A stretch of DNA of 48,822 nt from Kiritimatiellia bacterium (GTDB taxonomy: Bacteria > Verrucomicrobiota > Kiritimatiellia > SLAD01): NCBI GenBank assembly GCA_007130845.1, contig SLRP01000182.1:1-48822 (forward strand), read 5' to 3'. The notes under the pieces are model-generated. The model searched no databases and was not told where the DNA came from. It saw nothing but the letters and a program-made list of their open reading frames with translations. The translations under genes were made by a program, and so were the position numbers. This document shows, piece after piece, positions 26,508 to 36,517 of this stretch. Position 1 is the first letter of the stretch; the number at the start of each line of letters is the position of its first letter.

Positions 26508-26628
26508 GATCGCAGTCCGTGAAATGGCGTAACGACCATCCGGCGATCCATTGCATTATTCCGGAATGTGCGGTTTATTATCATCTGGGAAAAAGTTTTT
26601 TAGATTCCGTCGGTATTGCTTAAACCCG

Positions 26629-28104
26629 TCAATCCGTATCCAGTGGCGGATTCAATAGCACATGTTCCCCGGGCTCCACGCCGCTGATAACATGCGCCAT
26701 GCGGTTGTTATCCAGTCCCAGTTCTATTACCCGGGGCCTTGGACCTTCCGGGGTGTTTATGTACACTGTCGGATGGCCGCCTTCCCGCACAACTGATTGT
26801 ACCGGCACATATACGACGTCGTCGTAGGAATCGATTATGATTTCCGCCCTGCAACTCATTCCGGGACGCAGCTCCTCGGCTCTCCCTTCCAAGTGAACAT
26901 CAGTTCTGAAAACCGTGAGGTCGGGATTCAGGAATCCCTGGTCGGGATCGGGAAGAACTGCTATGCGCGCCACACTCCCCTTGTATACACGGTCCGGTAT
27001 GGCATCCACACTAACACGCGCAGGCAACCCTGTAGACACCTTGTTCAGGGTGGATTCATGTATGCTGATTTCAGCCATCATTGAAGCTGCCGTCGGCAAA
27101 TGAATCAGGTCCTGACGCTCTCGAACCTCCTGACCTTCTTCCAAAGGCTCGGGGTTGCGCGGCCTGCCGGTCTTAACGTGGACCACCATTCCTGCAGCAG
27201 GCGATCGGATGGTGCATTTTTCGATCTGTTGCTCGATTTTATCCAGTCGGCTCTGCTGTCGCTCCAGTTCGGATCTTCTGGCGTTGAGATCGGCCTCCGC
27301 CTGCATAACATCCGCTGCCGCCCTTCTCTCAACTCGATCCAGTGCCATGCGCTTTTGTTCGACGGAGCTTTCCAGTTCTTCTTTTTTCTGCAGGTGCGTG
27401 TACTCCTTGAGAAGATTCAGTTTGCTCCGCGCAAGTTCAAGGTCAATACGTGACCGCTTGGCGGACAGTTCATCCGCCTGCATTTCCATTCTTGTTATAT
27501 AGCCCTCATCCGCAAGGCGTTCCGACCATACAAGTTTGTCGGTGGCCCTCTGTAACTCCTCGTTTGCCAGCGTGATGTCAGCTTCCGCCCTCTGAAGTTC
27601 CTGGGGATATTCACCTTCCAGATACTTCGTGAGATTGAGTTGAGCAAATCTGTAATCAAGCTTAGCCTGGGCAATATCTGCCTCGGCCTGGTTGCGATTG
27701 ATCTCAAGAGTTTCACGGGCTCGAATAAACGCGGCTTCAGCGTTCTGTACCCTGATCTGCTGCTCAAGCCGATTATCCTCGAGATCACTTGAGTCAAGCT
27801 CCACCAGGAGATCGCCTTTCTCCACCATGGTTCCTTCCGGAATAAGCCACAGAATTGTCGTGCGCCCTTCCACCTCGGACTTGACGGCTACTCGATCCCG
27901 GCTCTGGATGGTTCCGGATTCGGTAACACTGATAAGCAACGGGCCCCGTCGAGCCTCAAAAGTCGGCCCTGTGTAAGCTTCCGCACCCGGTGACATCCAC
28001 TTTATGAATCCCGCCATCAGCAGCACGGACGCAATCGCGCCACCCGCGATCATGTAGCGCCTTGCCCTGGATTTAATCATCGATTTTTTCCGGTCCTTCT
28101 GCAT
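26629..28104 (-). CDS. HlyD/MacA-type periplasmic adaptor (membrane fusion protein)
   Basis: N-terminal anchor, long coiled-coil hairpin, and barrel-sandwich/beta-barrel segments. Candidate starts are ATG 28104 or 28080 (the ORF-track start at 28110 is a TTG). Overlaps the TolC-like gene end. Confidence 0.8.
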   Translation of the reverse strand: MQKDRKKSMIKSRARRYMIAGGAIASVLLMAGFIKWMSPGAEAYTGPTFEARRGPLLISVTESGTIQSRDRVAVKSEVEGRTTILWLIPEGTMVEKGDLLVELDSSDLEDNRLEQQIRVQNAEAAFIRARETLEINRNQAEADIAQAKLDYRFAQLNLTKYLEGEYPQELQRAEADITLANEELQRATDKLVWSERLADEGYITRMEMQADELSAKRSRIDLELARSKLNLLKEYTHLQKKEELESSVEQKRMALDRVERRAAADVMQAEADLNARRSELERQQSRLDKIEQQIEKCTIRSPAAGMVVHVKTGRPRNPEPLEEGQEVRERQDLIHLPTAASMMAEISIHESTLNKVSTGLPARVSVDAIPDRVYKGSVARIAVLPDPDQGFLNPDLTVFRTDVHLEGRAEELRPGMSCRAEIIIDSYDDVVYVPVQSVVREGGHPTVYINTPEGPRPRVIELGLDNNRMAHVISGVEPGEHVLLNPPLDTD

Positions 28105-29935
28105 ATTCAACCCACAATCCTTTCTCGGTTACCTCCAGCAGCCCCATGTCCCGTTGCAGTTCCAGTTCGGCCACGCGGTGTTCCACAACTGCAGCGGTCA
28201 ACGCGTTCTGGGCTCCGATCAACGATTCCTGGGCTTCCAGAACATCACGTATCTGAGCCCTTCCTGCCTGTAGAAATAATTCCGTGCTTTCCACTCGACG
28301 CCGGGCAAGTTCGACGGCCTGAGTCTGAATTTCCATGGTTTCCCTGGTCTGCTCAAGATTGCGCAGAGCATTGCGGAGCTCCAGCTTGATCTGGTCCTCC
28401 AGCTCCTGCACCGCTCTTGTCCGGCGCTCCAGAGTTATGAAACTGTCCCGGTACTGGTTGTGTTCCGCCCGCCGATCCCATGGCATATCCAAACCCAGAC
28501 CGGCCGTGTATATGCCGTCCCCGGGTCTGAGCTGAGCGTCTGACATCGCAGCCGTTCCCAATCCGCGCCTATCCCCGATCCTGGCTGAACCCGTAAGGTT
28601 CAAGTCCGGCCTGAGGTTGTTGGCCGCTACCGTAACGGCGCGCTGTGCGTCAAACACACGGCCTTGGGCAATAAGAAAATCCAACCTGTTGTCAAATGCA
28701 ACCTTTACGGCCTCACTTTCGCTCCATTCCTCGCTACTTTCTCCGGTAACCAGGAACGTTTCATTCGAATTATCCAATTCAGCCGGTGATGCGTCGTCTA
28801 TGGGCTCAATTGCCGCCGGTTCTATCAGGGCTACAAGCCTGCGCAGATCTTCCGCGTCAAGGGTGATTCGCGCGTCGGTGGGCAGGCCTATCGTAATCTT
28901 CAGCTGGTCGAGCCTGCGCTCGTAAGCCGATTGTGCGGACAACCATCTATCCCGCGCTCGAAGTTTTTCCTGCTGGGCCTGGTCAACCTGGATTTCCGGA
29001 AGCCGGCCGGCCTCAGCCAGACGGCGCGCGCGTTCAGCTGATGTCTGTAGCCTTTCATAATTGTCCCATGCATTTTCTACCGCATCTAGCTGTTGAAGAA
29101 CGGAAAGATAATCCGATGCAATACGCACCGAAAAACCCCGTTTGAAGTTTTCAAAGGTATACAGGGCGTACATCACATCGCGTTCCGCCTGTGTGAGCGG
29201 TTCAGTAACTATATGCCTGCCGGCGCCGCGCATCAGCGGCATTGATACCGATAGATCCGCAAGGATGCCGAATGACGAATCGCGGTCAAGCGTCAGCAGG
29301 TTCACCAGGTCAAGGACAATTCGACCGCTCAGGTCCGCCCCCGTTCGTAGTAGCCTCTGTACTCCCAGCGTTCCCGTCGTTACCACGCCACGCTCAGTAT
29401 CATCCCCCGACATGTCCTCAGTAAAGGTGCTTTCAAGACCTCCCTGGAATGTTGACCGGAAACGATAATCTTCCAGATCCATGCTCAACGCGGCCCGGAA
29501 TACATCCTCCTTTCGGGACTGATATTCTCTGCTGTTTTCAGCGCCCACCTGTAACGCGTGAATCAGGGACAATTCAAGCATCTCATAAGGAAGAGCTTCC
29601 CTTTCGTCATCTCCGGTCTCTGCGGCGGCAGGATAATCATCTTCCGGCCAGTGTGGTATGCGGTCAAGTTGATCCGTGCCAAGGGAGGCCTTCCCTGAAG
29701 TAGGAAGATCCTGGTCAAGCAGGAGTCGGCGACGCAATGTGTCCTCAGGCGCTTCAATGGAAAAGGCAGTGTTTCTTCCCAGCTTTTCCTCCTGCTTGTG
29801 CTCGATAATTTGAGTCGCTCTACTGTCCGCTTTTTCCCTGTGAACTGTCGGGCTTCGACATCCCGAAAGAATCAGGAGTCCGGACAGAGTCGCTATACCA
29901 ATCCCACAGTTTGATATTATACCTTGAATACTCAT
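28073..29935 (-). CDS. TolC-family outer-membrane efflux lipoprotein
   Basis: Lipobox LILSGC. Two OEP-type repeats with long helical segments. 620 aa. Confidence 0.75.
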   Translation of the reverse strand: MSIQGIISNCGIGIATLSGLLILSGCRSPTVHREKADSRATQIIEHKQEEKLGRNTAFSIEAPEDTLRRRLLLDQDLPTSGKASLGTDQLDRIPHWPEDDYPAAAETGDDEREALPYEMLELSLIHALQVGAENSREYQSRKEDVFRAALSMDLEDYRFRSTFQGGLESTFTEDMSGDDTERGVVTTGTLGVQRLLRTGADLSGRIVLDLVNLLTLDRDSSFGILADLSVSMPLMRGAGRHIVTEPLTQAERDVMYALYTFENFKRGFSVRIASDYLSVLQQLDAVENAWDNYERLQTSAERARRLAEAGRLPEIQVDQAQQEKLRARDRWLSAQSAYERRLDQLKITIGLPTDARITLDAEDLRRLVALIEPAAIEPIDDASPAELDNSNETFLVTGESSEEWSESEAVKVAFDNRLDFLIAQGRVFDAQRAVTVAANNLRPDLNLTGSARIGDRRGLGTAAMSDAQLRPGDGIYTAGLGLDMPWDRRAEHNQYRDSFITLERRTRAVQELEDQIKLELRNALRNLEQTRETMEIQTQAVELARRRVESTELFLQAGRAQIRDVLEAQESLIGAQNALTAAVVEHRVAELELQRDMGLLEVTEKGLWVEYAEGPEKIDD

Positions 29936-30036
29936 GAAAATTACAATGCCTGACGTCTATAACTATAAATCGAATTGTTCAAAAAGACAAGCTGGGCTGG
30001 TAATTATTGTAACAGCTGCTCCCTTCACAAAGCACA

Positions 30037-30696
30037 TCAAACCCGGCCTTGCTCATCACCATCAAAGTACATGACGGCATCACGTATGGGAACATCCCCG
30101 GATGTCAGGTCGAACTGTCGGCCGATGACCGCGGGGATGTCAGGGATCTCCGCGATAACCGCCGCGACATCATCTCTCGAAATGGAACCGCGGGGAAGCC
30201 GGGGCGATATGGAGACTCGGCCTGTGCCCGGTTCGTCTGTAAGTCTGCCGGGGCGTATGATGGTGTAATCCAGCCCGCTTTGTTTCAAGCTGTAGTCCGC
30301 CTCAGCCTTGGCCTTGCAATAGGCTTGAAAAACTTCATTTCCCCGCGGTTCTTCAACGTTGATCGCGCTTATCATCAGGTATCCGCGGATGCCCTTCTTT
30401 GTCGCAGCCCGCATAAGCTTTATTGCACAGTCCCGGTCGACCGTCCATTTGCGGGCCGCCCCGCTGCCAGGACCCGCTCCGGCGGCAAAGACAACCATAT
30501 CGGCCCCGTCGACATGCTCCGAAAGATCGTCATGCATTTCCATGTCGCAAACCACCGGTTCCGCCCCGGCTGAACGCACGTCATTTTCCTGATCGGGGCT
30601 GCGGATCAGAGCCCGAACCCTGTGGCCGCGCTCCACCAGCAAGGGATGCAGCCGCATAGCAATCTTTCCATGTCCTCCTGCAATTACAATATCCAT
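30037..30696 (-). CDS. NAD(P)H-binding SDR/NmrA-like oxidoreductase
   Basis: MDIVIAGGHGKIA is a Rossmann GxxGxxG motif at the N-terminus. I prefer the ATG at 30696 over the ORF-track 30780. Confidence 0.7.
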   Translation of the reverse strand: MDIVIAGGHGKIAMRLHPLLVERGHRVRALIRSPDQENDVRSAGAEPVVCDMEMHDDLSEHVDGADMVVFAAGAGPGSGAARKWTVDRDCAIKLMRAATKKGIRGYLMISAINVEEPRGNEVFQAYCKAKAEADYSLKQSGLDYTIIRPGRLTDEPGTGRVSISPRLPRGSISRDDVAAVIAEIPDIPAVIGRQFDLTSGDVPIRDAVMYFDGDEQGRV

Positions 30697-30989
30697 GCCG
30701 TAAGAATTACCGAATTCATGCCGTTCGTAAAACAGGAAATCAGGGCATTTCCATTTATAATAGGGATGCCATCGCGCCACGTTGGTGACAGGATTTGCCT
30801 GCCGGGTGAAAAGTAGTGATTGGCTTTCGAGTCTCCAGTTGATTTAATCACTGGTCGGCGGTTTTGCCGCCCCGTGCGCAGCAGCGGGGATAGGACTAAC
30901 CCGCCTCAATTGGATCGGCAATGAGGCAAGACCCGTCGGTACTGTCAAAAATTGAATGAAAACGGATGAAAGCCGGTAAGGATCGGTTG

Positions 30990-31061
30990 ACGACCACGCC
31001 GACGATTACGGATTACGGTCAAGGAATCCAAATCGTTTACCGTAGTCGTCGCCGTAGTCGT
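30990..31061 (+). repeat. 22-nt-arm hairpin whose arms are tandem 12-nt units
   Basis: ACGACCACGCCGACGATTACGG (30990-31011) pairs with CCGTAGTCGTCGCCGTAGTCGT (31040-31061): 19 WC + 1 G-U + 2 mismatches. The 3' arm is CCGTAGTCGTCG + CCGTAGTCGTAG. Loop is 28 nt. Confidence 0.6.
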
Positions 31062-31153
31062 AGAGCGAAATAGAGAGAAAATTCAAGGAAAGGCGGGGGA
31101 GAAAGCCCAAAACAGGCTTATCTCATTGATAAATAGATGATTACACAGAAAAT

Positions 31154-31176
31154 GTTCTGTCAGCTTTTGACAGAAC
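31154..31176. promoter_or_regulatory. perfect 9-bp inverted repeat GTTCTGTCA-N5-TGACAGAAC upstream of the DUF2059 gene (operator- or hairpin-like)
   Basis: Arms 31154-31162 and 31168-31176 are exact reverse complements. Lies about 75 nt upstream of the ATG at 31249. Confidence 0.45.
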
Positions 31177-31248
31177 GAACCCGTCCCCGAGAATCGAAGG
31201 ATGAATCTGTAAACCGGCCGCCTGTTTCAGGGGACTGCCGGAGAAAGG

Positions 31249-31731
31249 ATGATCATGAAGAAGTGCACCAGACTGATCGCGGTATCCCTTATACTGGTTT
31301 CAAGTGCATGGGCCGGGGATTCGGATACCAAACGGGTTGAACTTGCAGAAGAACTTCTTGTCCTGATGGCTGTTCCGGAACAGATAGAACAATCATTTTC
31401 TATGATAAAGGAGATGCAGGTTCAGCAGATGCGGCAGTTGGGCGTGGCGGACGAAAAAATTGAAGAGGGTGTAACATACCATGACAAAGTCATGGATATT
31501 ATAGCCCGGGAACTGTCTTGGGATAAACTCAAGGACGAGTATGTTCAGATATACGCCGATATGTTTTCAAAGACCCAGTTGCGTGAATTGATAGCTTTCT
31601 ATGAAAGCCCGACGGGAAAGGCCTACATAGATAAGACCCCGGAAATAATGCGGCGTACGATGTCAATTTCACAGCAGAAAACCATGGAAATCATGCCTAG
31701 GATCCAGAAGCTAATTCGTGAAGCACATTAA
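31249..31731 (+). CDS. DUF2059 domain-containing secreted protein
   Basis: Signal peptide. LIAFYESPTGKAYIDKTPEIM block typical of DUF2059. Alternative ATG at 31255. Confidence 0.6.
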   Translation: MIMKKCTRLIAVSLILVSSAWAGDSDTKRVELAEELLVLMAVPEQIEQSFSMIKEMQVQQMRQLGVADEKIEEGVTYHDKVMDIIARELSWDKLKDEYVQIYADMFSKTQLRELIAFYESPTGKAYIDKTPEIMRRTMSISQQKTMEIMPRIQKLIREAH

Positions 31732-31833
31732 CTTCCGGATATCCAGTCTGGTTAATTTGGTTTTTGCTATGGAGAGTTTGGGTAACAATTTCTCTGTCCC
31801 TTGCCCTTCCTCCTTTGCCCCTCCTAGCTCCTG

Positions 31834-32934
31834 TTATTTTTCCTTCCAGCACATCCAGAAGCCGTATCCGGCTAATGCTCCGCCCAGATGAGCGGCGGCG
31901 GAGACATTGGTGAAGCCGGCCCACTGCTTGTACATCCCGTAGAATTGGAGCAGGATCCAGATGACAAAGCCTGCCCAGGCGGGTAAGCGTACCCAGCGGA
32001 AGTATAAGTAGATCCGGAAAAGCACACCCAGCTTTGCATGCGGGAATTTGAAGGCGAAGAAGGTTATAACGCCGGATATACCCCCGCTTGCCCCGATGAG
32101 GGGCGTAGTGGAGGACGGGCCAAACAGAGCGTGAGTCAGCCCTCCCGCCATTGTGGCCGCGAGCAACAGAACCAACAGCCGGTGCGGACCCAGATAATCC
32201 TCCACATCGTCGCCGAACAGTATGAGAAAATAAAGGTTGGAGAGAAGATGTACGATCCCGCCGTGGATGAAAAAGCAGGTTATGAGCGTTAACCCGCCAT
32301 GACGAAACAACTCTGCCGGAATCAGGCCGAACCGTTCCGCGTAATAAGCCAGGTCGCCCATCGTAATCAATGCAATCAGTCCGAGTAGAATGCAGGTTCC
32401 CCATGTTAACAAGGGCAGCCGCTCCATCAGGCGATGACCATATTTGACAGGAAGACCGAACATGGCAGGTACCACCATCCACCAGGCCTCGGAAACCGGT
32501 CCCATCGGTGTATCGTACCCTGACTCATCGCGATCCCGTATGCGTTGGGCATCGTGGATGGCGAGTGCCGCCCGCGCCCTCGGTGACAGGCTGCGTTCCT
32601 CTTCGTTATCCTGAATGCGGGGGATCAAGGATAATTCGTCGCGGTCGAACCATATCAGATGGCATATCGTGCAGACGTCCAGGTGATGCGCCTCACCATT
32701 GGTCCTGGATTCCACCTCGATCATCTTGTGATCACAGGCAGGACAATCCCTTAGCCTGACACCATCGCCTTCCCTCGCCTTCTGCCACATCCGGTTGATC
32801 GGCCCTCGAGCCGCTGTTTTACGCAGCACTCCCAGGGTCACCGCACGCCCCTCGCATGACGAGCAAAATTTATATATGCCGTATTGGTTTTCCCTTCGGA
32901 CCAATGTGTTACTGCACTCTGGACAGACGAACAT
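31834..32934 (-). CDS. rhomboid family intramembrane serine protease with two N-terminal zinc-ribbon modules
   Basis: CPEC..CSSC and CPAC..CTIC..WFDRDEL zinc ribbons. Rhomboid catalytic GASGGISG and HLGGALAG motifs. Confidence 0.85.
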   Translation of the reverse strand: MFVCPECSNTLVRRENQYGIYKFCSSCEGRAVTLGVLRKTAARGPINRMWQKAREGDGVRLRDCPACDHKMIEVESRTNGEAHHLDVCTICHLIWFDRDELSLIPRIQDNEEERSLSPRARAALAIHDAQRIRDRDESGYDTPMGPVSEAWWMVVPAMFGLPVKYGHRLMERLPLLTWGTCILLGLIALITMGDLAYYAERFGLIPAELFRHGGLTLITCFFIHGGIVHLLSNLYFLILFGDDVEDYLGPHRLLVLLLAATMAGGLTHALFGPSSTTPLIGASGGISGVITFFAFKFPHAKLGVLFRIYLYFRWVRLPAWAGFVIWILLQFYGMYKQWAGFTNVSAAAHLGGALAGYGFWMCWKEK

Positions 32935-33119
32935 GATTATTTTCCGGGTAGATTCCCGGAAATATGGCTGGGCGGCCGATCAAAGTAAATGCAAATACAC
33001 TTCGGCAATTAACATCATAAGGCAAACGCACCGGGTATGCGGCGGAATCCATGCTCACAGGCGGCCATAATTGATTGGTAAATTGACGAGAGCCTCATAC
33101 CCGGGTAGTTTTCCGGGAC

Positions 33120-36100
33120 ATGAACGCTCAACATCGGGCGTTGCCGCTTACAACCGGAGATCGCGATTACCTCTCGTCCCTTATGAGTGAGGCGCGGGAG
33201 CACTGTGTCCAGGATCTTCCTCTTTCCGCACAGGCTGCCTTGGCATGGCATCTTCATGACGAACATGCAGGATCCGTAATCATGGTCGCGGATGGACAAA
33301 AGACGCTGGATATACTTCATCAGGACCTTGTCACATGGGCTGGAGAGCATGCTGACCGGATATCCTACTATCCACCATGGGAGATATTTCCGTCTCCCGA
33401 TAACCCTTCGCCTAATCAGGATCTTTCGGGTGACAGGCTGTTTACCCTTTTCCGGTGTCTAGAGTCTCCTGGACCGTCCATACTCGTTACCAGCGTTCAA
33501 TCTCTTATGCAGAAAACTGTATCGCCCGGCACATTGATGCGGCTAAGTCTCGAATTGGGACAGGGTGCCGAACTCGGAATGGAAGACCTGCTCAAGTTTC
33601 TTGAAAGAGCGGCGTACGAATTTGTCCCGGAACTGGAGCTGAAAGGCCAGGCTGCGCATCGGGGAGGAATAGTGGACGTCTGGCCCCCAAGTGAAAATCA
33701 GCCTGTCCGAATAGAATTTTTCGGCCAGATAGTGGATTCCATACGTGCCTTTGATCCTGAGACACAAACATCCATAGATAGGATAAAAAGACTGTTCCTA
33801 CTGCCGGCGAGCGAGACAGGTGTTGGACGGAATATGAAGTTGAACGGCTCGTTTCCATCTTATCTGGATAAAAAGACCATCTGGATCTGGTCTGACCCGG
33901 ACACGATTCGAAATCACGCGGATAATTACGAAAAACTGGTCCGTGAATCCGGTGCGGGCGAATACACCTTCAATTTAGGCACACTTGAAGAACGTGTGTA
34001 CAGTGACTTCAAGACGGGGCATCTGTCTGTCGGAGGCAGCATGTCGCGGTCCGCCCCGCGGAGGGAGCTGGCAATAGGTCCATTGGCCGGATTGCCGGGA
34101 ATGGATGGACATGGATTTCAGCCGGATCTGCTTGAAAAGGCTAGAAATGAATTTGTAGAGGAGTTGGTGCGAGAAGCCGGAAACGGGCGCGAGGTCTTAT
34201 TGTATTTTGACACGCAGGGCGCTCTTGAACGGTTCAGGGAATCATTTGGAAAAATGTGGTCTGGCCGTGCCGGGTTGCACCTGCGCCTGGGCCGCCTATC
34301 CGAAGGATTCAGGTGCAACCCGGATGGCCTGATCGTCGTAGCGCAGAGTGACATTTACGGTCGACGCAAGGAACTGCGGGGGCGGTACGAACTTCCTGCA
34401 CGCCTGTCACGCATGAGGCACAAAGGGGGCCCGCGCATCATGGAATGGCGGGATCTTACTCCGGGAGAACTTGTAGTACATATCGATCACGGTATCGGAA
34501 AATATCTCGGGCTGTATGAAATTGAGATGGACGGCGAACATCAGGAAGTGTTGTCCATAGAATACGCGAATAAAGCCAGATTGTATCTTCCCGTTTCACA
34601 GGCACACCTGTTGAGCCGTTATGTCGGGTTCGGGAAGAAGGATGTTGAACTCCATAACCTTGGCGGAAGACGCTGGACCCGCGAAAAAGCCGCGGCTGAA
34701 CGCGCCATCAGGGATATGGCAGCCTCGTTACTGGAAACCCAGGCGTTGCGCCATACCCAGCAGGGACATGCATTCGCGCCGGATGTTCCATGGCAGATTG
34801 AGTTTGATGAGGCCTTTCCATATCAGGAAACAGAGGACCAGCACAGAGTTATCGGCGAAGTAAAGAGCGACATGGAAGCCGTGCGCCCGATGGACAGACT
34901 GATCTGCGGCGATGTCGGATATGGGAAAACTGAAATCGCCATGCGCTCTGCATTCAAGGCTGTGATGGACGGCAAACAAGTCGCTGTTCTGGTACCTACC
35001 ACCGTGCTTGCCCAGCAGCATTTCGATACTTTCACGGACAGAATGTCTGCGTTTCCGGTGAGAATCGACGTGTTGAGCCGGTTCCTCTCGCGGGCACGAC
35101 AGCAGGAAGTCGTCCAGGGGCTTGAGAGCGGCGAAATAGATATTGTCATTGGAACGCACCGGCTTGTTCAATCCGATATCCTTTTCAGAGATCTGGGACT
35201 GGTGATTGTCGATGAGGAGCAGCGTTTCGGTGTTGAGCATAAAGAGAAACTCAAGGAGATGCGGCGACTGGTTGACGTGCTGACGATGACTGCTACACCC
35301 ATTCCCCGCACGCTTTACATGGGGTTGACCGGGGCGAAAGAAATCAGCGCAATTCAGACTCCCCCACAGGAGCGTCTTCCGGTTGAAACCGTCATTGCCG
35401 AATTCGATGACGAGCTTGTTAGGACTGCCGTTCTGCGTGAATTCAACAGGGGCGGACAGGTATTCTTTCTGCATAACCGTGTTCATTCGATAGAGGCCAT
35501 GCGTCAAAGGCTTGTAAAACTCGTTCCGGAGGTAAGGATAGAGGCGGCACACGGCCGGATGCCCGAACGCATGCTGGAATCCGTGATGTCCTCCTTTGTT
35601 CGAGGGGAAATCGATGTATTGCTGTGTACCACCATCATCGAAAGCGGCGTGGATATTCCCAATGCCAATACAATGATTATCGACAGAGCCGACCGCTTCG
35701 GACTGGCTGATCTCTACCAGTTGCGGGGACGGGTGGGCCGCTGCAAACACAAGGCTTACGCCTATCTGCTGTTGCCGGGAAAAGTGGTGATTGACCGTCC
35801 GGCGCGCGAGAGGGTACAGGCCCTGAAAAAATATTCACAGCTTGGATCCGGATTCCGGTTGGCCCTGCGTGATCTGGAGATCCGGGGCGCCGGCAATATC
35901 CTGGGTTCCGAACAGAGCGGCCATATAACCGCTGTGGGATTCGACCTGTACTGTCAGTTGCTGGAGCGCACAATAGCGCAGATGAAGGGCGAACATGTCC
36001 CCCCTCTGGTCGATGTTGAAGCTAAACTTGATTTCATAGATAGATCGCCGTCACGCCCTGACGACCCTGCCGCCGCGGTGATTCCCATGGAATACATCGA

Positions 36101-36422
36101 TGACGAGAATCTGCGTGTCAATGTCTACCGGAAAATCGCCGCCATTGCCACAGAGCAGGACGCCGAGAAATTGAAAATGGAATTAAGGGACCGGTATGGC
36201 CCGGTTCCCGATCCGGTGGTCCGGCTGCTGAAAATAGCGCAGCTCCGTGTTATCGCCATGAACGCCGATATCCCCGAGATAGAGGTCAAGGACGACAAGA
36301 TTATCATGAAGCGAAGCGGCAAGTTGTTAATGAAGAATAAACGTTTCCCTAGGCTCAAGACTTCCGGCCACGCGGAACGGCTTGATGAATTGATTGATAT
36401 CATCAAGTCATGGCGGGATTGA
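33120..36422 (+). CDS. mfd: transcription-repair coupling factor
   Basis: 1100 aa. Helicase motifs GDVGYGKTE, VIVDEEQRFGV, TATPIPRTL plus a CarD-like RNAP-interaction region and C-terminal TRCF domain. Confidence 0.95.
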   Translation: MNAQHRALPLTTGDRDYLSSLMSEAREHCVQDLPLSAQAALAWHLHDEHAGSVIMVADGQKTLDILHQDLVTWAGEHADRISYYPPWEIFPSPDNPSPNQDLSGDRLFTLFRCLESPGPSILVTSVQSLMQKTVSPGTLMRLSLELGQGAELGMEDLLKFLERAAYEFVPELELKGQAAHRGGIVDVWPPSENQPVRIEFFGQIVDSIRAFDPETQTSIDRIKRLFLLPASETGVGRNMKLNGSFPSYLDKKTIWIWSDPDTIRNHADNYEKLVRESGAGEYTFNLGTLEERVYSDFKTGHLSVGGSMSRSAPRRELAIGPLAGLPGMDGHGFQPDLLEKARNEFVEELVREAGNGREVLLYFDTQGALERFRESFGKMWSGRAGLHLRLGRLSEGFRCNPDGLIVVAQSDIYGRRKELRGRYELPARLSRMRHKGGPRIMEWRDLTPGELVVHIDHGIGKYLGLYEIEMDGEHQEVLSIEYANKARLYLPVSQAHLLSRYVGFGKKDVELHNLGGRRWTREKAAAERAIRDMAASLLETQALRHTQQGHAFAPDVPWQIEFDEAFPYQETEDQHRVIGEVKSDMEAVRPMDRLICGDVGYGKTEIAMRSAFKAVMDGKQVAVLVPTTVLAQQHFDTFTDRMSAFPVRIDVLSRFLSRARQQEVVQGLESGEIDIVIGTHRLVQSDILFRDLGLVIVDEEQRFGVEHKEKLKEMRRLVDVLTMTATPIPRTLYMGLTGAKEISAIQTPPQERLPVETVIAEFDDELVRTAVLREFNRGGQVFFLHNRVHSIEAMRQRLVKLVPEVRIEAAHGRMPERMLESVMSSFVRGEIDVLLCTTIIESGVDIPNANTMIIDRADRFGLADLYQLRGRVGRCKHKAYAYLLLPGKVVIDRPARERVQALKKYSQLGSGFRLALRDLEIRGAGNILGSEQSGHITAVGFDLYCQLLERTIAQMKGEHVPPLVDVEAKLDFIDRSPSRPDDPAAAVIPMEYIDDENLRVNVYRKIAAIATEQDAEKLKMELRDRYGPVPDPVVRLLKIAQLRVIAMNADIPEIEVKDDKIIMKRSGKLLMKNKRFPRLKTSGHAERLDELIDIIKSWRD

Positions 36423-36517
36423 CGTTACATTATCATGGAAGACAAGGCCGACCCGGATTGCGCCCGGCCTATGTGCCGCGCGCACCGGAACAGGATTTCT
36501 TTCATCCTTGATAACCG

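Noticed and set aside
30826-30833. TTCGAGTC resembling a tRNA T-loop
   Set aside because: The flanking bases do not form a T-stem, and no acceptor or anticodon arms can be drawn.
34728-35750. 340-aa ORF on the minus strand inside mfd
   Set aside because: It is entirely antisense to a high-confidence 1100-aa mfd gene with intact helicase motifs. It has no recognisable motif. This looks like a typical shadow ORF.
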